A stretch of DNA of 64,000 nt. It comes from TPA_inf: Saccharomyces. Lineage: Eukaryota. A program made the position numbers and the translations under genes. Every line of letters starts with the position of its first letter. Position 1 is the first letter of the stretch. This document shows, in pieces, positions 61,212 to 64,000 of the stretch. The stretch covers positions 512,001 to 576,000 of the forward strand of contig BK006945.2 in NCBI GenBank assembly GCA_000146045.2, read 5' to 3'. The notes beneath the pieces were generated by a model. The model was given only the letters and a program-made list of their open reading frames with translations. It had not been told where the DNA came from and did not search any database.

Positions 61212-61465
61212 TTTTACTCCTTGATCGCCTGAATATTGTCTTACCAGTTTTCTATGTGATGTGAGCGCATCAGCACCTCTGATATTCGACTTATTTAAAT
61301 AATTTTCTGTCTGAACTTTCTCCAGCTAGGGCGGAAAAATATTCTAGAAGCTCATAGAAATGCCGTTCAAAAGCGTAACAGTTATGTTCTATAAAGGGAA
61401 ACAATGTGTTTCGATCACTGCAGCTGTCTATTATATACAAGTTATACATCACGACATTTAGATTT

Positions 61466-61918
61466 TCATTTCTTCTTTTCCGAATCCTTACTGGTCGTCC
61501 CATCCACGTCCACTGTGCTTACGCGCTCTCTATTACCATTCTTTTCCCAACACTTCCTAAATAACGCCATCTCGTTGAAGCACTGCCTCCAGTCACCTGT
61601 TTCGGCATGGCACAGCTGTAATGCGAGGTTCTCTACGTAGCATCCGGTCTTGGATATTCTCGTGTCCCACACATCCGGGTCTTCGTCTTCTTGGACCTCT
61701 TTGTATTCTTCCAGCGCCTGCTTATAATACTCTGAAGTTTCGCCAGTTTCACTCATGACCAGTCTGCCAGTTTTAGCCTGCCAGAGCTTTTCTTTCCCTT
61801 TAATCTTCCCTTGTTTGGCGCAACTCTTAGAAGTGCCTTTCACTACCTTTAATGGCTGAGGCCCCTTTTTTTGTTTCGGACATTTGTTGTGAGAAAAAAA
61901 AGAAGAAAATAAAAGCAT
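61466..61918 (-). CDS. COA4: Coa4/Cmc3, twin Cx9C IMS protein for cytochrome c oxidase assembly
   Basis: 150 aa from the first ATG (CAT at 61916-61918). Twin Cx9C (CYVENLALQLC ... CFNEMALFRKC). The track ORF's extra 18 residues start at a TTG. The choice of this ATG rests on my recollection that the protein is 150 aa. Confidence 0.7.
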   Translation of the reverse strand: MLLFSSFFSHNKCPKQKKGPQPLKVVKGTSKSCAKQGKIKGKEKLWQAKTGRLVMSETGETSEYYKQALEEYKEVQEDEDPDVWDTRISKTGCYVENLALQLCHAETGDWRQCFNEMALFRKCWEKNGNRERVSTVDVDGTTSKDSEKKK

Positions 61919-62149
61919 AAATGAAGCGAATGGATGAGAAGAGGGGAGGGAAAGCAAGAACGAGAAGGACAAACATCAGGGACCCATACTTCAATAAATT
62001 GCTTGATTTGGTGTTAATCAATTCTTCTAACATCAAACCTCTTTTAGTTTCCTTCGATCGTTTCACGTTGCTTATATTGATTGCTTTTTACTTCTATTTT
62101 TTCACTAGAATAAACAAACAAAGACATTCTGTTGATCAAGAAAGTTGAA

Positions 62150-64000
62150 AATGGTATTTGGTTTTACAAAGAGGGACAGGAGGGTACCTGATTTATCTAG
62201 GTATGATTACTACTATCAGAACCATGAAGATTATAACAAAAGTCCTCAGCTCTCTGCTGCTGCTGCCTCTGCTGCTTCTGCCGCATCACCGGATCGAACC
62301 AATTACTCAAGGTCGCACTCGCTGGTTAGTCATGCACCTTCAATACCGAGACAAAGAAGTTCGGTAAAGAGCCCAGGAAGAAGGCTTTCCACATCCTCTG
62401 CCGCTCCGCCAACGTCCAGGGCAGCAGCTAAGCAGTATTCACAGAAGACTTACTCGTTGAGGTCGCAAAGGAGCGGAGAGTACCATTTACACCCGCCCGG
62501 TTATACTACTAATGGGAGCCGTATGAATTCTATGACGTCTGGTGCGAATGTCAGAAGAAACTACGGTAAGAACAAATCGACGGCCGGCAACAATAACGAT
62601 TCAAGGGCCAACTCCATTACCGTAAAGACTACACAAGTAACAGACCCTTCAGGAAGGACTCAATCAATTACCAAAAAGACAATAAGAAAAATAAATGGGT
62701 ATGAATACGTAGAAACCACGACTACGACTAAGAATTTGGTTCCATTAGGTGACTCGCAGCGTCATTTCGATGAATTTAGTGAAAATTACATGTTGCAAGA
62801 TGACGACATTTTAGAGGAACAAGCTAGTGATAACATTCACGATATAATCGAGGAAAACGAAACAGATAACGAAAAGCCATATTCCCCAGTAAGCGAAAGT
62901 CATTTACAAGATGATTCAGAGCTAAACGTGGAAAAACCAGATTTCCCACTTGGATCATATTTCCACCATAAGTATTCTACAGACGTTATGCCTCTAGAAG
63001 AAGAAAGTAGTTTATCAAACTTCAGTGACGCATTAGATTATATTCCTCCCACCCATCAGACCAGTAGTAAATATATTCATAATAAAAGGAAGCAAGCATC
63101 GACGACAAGAAGGAAGAAAAGACCGCCTGCCGTGAAAAACGCAGAAGCAGAGGCCAAGAAACCATTAACCGAAGCAGAAATGTATCTGAAGGCACTAGAG
63201 GTTGCTAAAAGAAACGTTTATCACACGGATGCTGCTTCGGATAACGCATCGGCCCCCCTCGGGAGTAACAAATCCAGGAAAAGTAGGATGGGTCAAAAAA
63301 TGACCTTGAGAAGCAGTAGTGATTCTCCGACGGCGACTGCTAATCTTGTCAAATCTAATGTCGAGGTTCAACCAAAAAGATTTACAAGTTCCTTCTTCAG
63401 CAGAAATACTAAAAGCGCCCCCCATGAAGTGCACAATCACTCTGTGTCTACACATTTTAAATCGAATAAGGCTGTTGACCCAGTTCCAGAGCCTAAAAGT
63501 GCAAACACAGGGCTAACAGATAAAGAAATGTATGACCAAGCTTTGAAAATCGCACAAGCGAGGTATTACAACTCACATGGTATTCAACCTGAAGCAGTCG
63601 ATAATAGCACTACGGCGGCTAAACCTCGTCAGGTCGGCGTTAGCCATCTGGGATCCACTGGGAGCATCCCGCCCAATGAGCAGCACTATTTAGGGGATTC
63701 TGAAATTCCAGTCCAAAGCGAAGTGCATGAATACGAGCCCATTCCATTGCAGAAGACAAAAACAACTGGTTCTTCCAAAAATAAGTTCAAAACCATGTTC
63801 GATAAAGTGCTGCAATTCTCTCAAGAAAACTACGGCTACCAGCACAAGAAGGAACAAGGCGAACAAACTCCAGTTACTCGTAATGCTGAAGAAAGCTTCC
63901 CAGCAGCGTCTATTTCGGAAGGTGTGACAACCGCAAAGCCATCTTCAAACGAAGGTGTGATGACGAATCCAGTAGTTACAGATTCACCTTCACCCCTTCA
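62150..64000 (+). CDS. MSC3: Msc3 (YLR219W) N-terminal ~617 codons; 3' end beyond the window
   Basis: ATG at 62150 (MVFGFTKRDRRVPDLSRYDYYYQNHEDYNKSPQLSAAAASAASAASPDR...). The frame is open to base 64000. It is absent from the ORF track because there is no stop in the window. Ser/Thr/Asn-rich, low complexity. Confidence 0.8.

Noticed and set aside
60909-61232. 107-aa and 73-aa ORFs on the + strand inside CPR6
   Set aside because: They are fully antisense to a well-supported conserved gene (CPR6). No motifs. A dubious YLR217W-type ORF.
62284-62300. GGATCGAACC, reminiscent of a tRNA T-arm
   Set aside because: It lies inside the MSC3 coding frame with no flanking acceptor or D-arm structure. 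I found no credible tRNA anywhere in the 64 kb.
62158-62367. 69-aa ORF at the start of the MSC3 region
   Set aside because: It is out of frame with, and entirely inside, the much longer MSC3 reading frame that starts at 62150 and stays open to the window end.

Overview
This window reads as a gene-dense stretch of Saccharomyces cerevisiae chromosome XII, right arm, running from the 3' part of YLR177W to the 5' part of MSC3/YLR219W. I recognise 39 protein-coding genes on both strands. Almost every product length in the ORF track equals the length I remember for the named protein. I checked each start codon by eye.

The ORF track evidently accepts TTG/GTG as 'M'. Six of its ORFs (YKE2, MSS51, QRI5, HMX1, CDC123, COA4) are therefore N-terminally over-extended, and I trimmed them to the first ATG. 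It also misses open reading frames that run off the window edge (YLR177W and MSC3).

Three genes are spliced with very short first exons that the ORF track cannot see: RPL37A (7-nt exon 1), ATG38/YLR211C (18-nt exon 1) and PBA1/YLR199C (6-nt exon 1).

I found no tRNA, rRNA, Ty element or solo LTR. There is no CRISPR, which is expected in a eukaryote. I could not support an ARS from sequence alone.

Regulatory motifs read directly from the sequence match the known biology of the neighbouring genes:
- two Mac1 copper elements and an Aft1 iron element upstream of FRE1;
- an Aft1 site upstream of HMX1;
- a Met31/32 site upstream of SAM1;
- SCB and MCB-like sites upstream of TOS4;
- STRE elements upstream of TFS1;
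- PAC and RRPE elements upstream of PWP1 and NOP56.

The neighbouring genes are functionally unrelated housekeeping genes. I see no evidence of a novel clustered system. The most unusual items are the micro-exon introns (one with an apparent AAG acceptor), a tandem PEBP-family gene pair, a dyad-symmetric repeated CAGGGT motif in the ATG26-MMR1 promoter, a CGG-N18-CCG motif upstream of PEX13, GC-rich islands in two intergenic regions, and several Q/N-rich or lysine-rich coding repeats and microsatellites.
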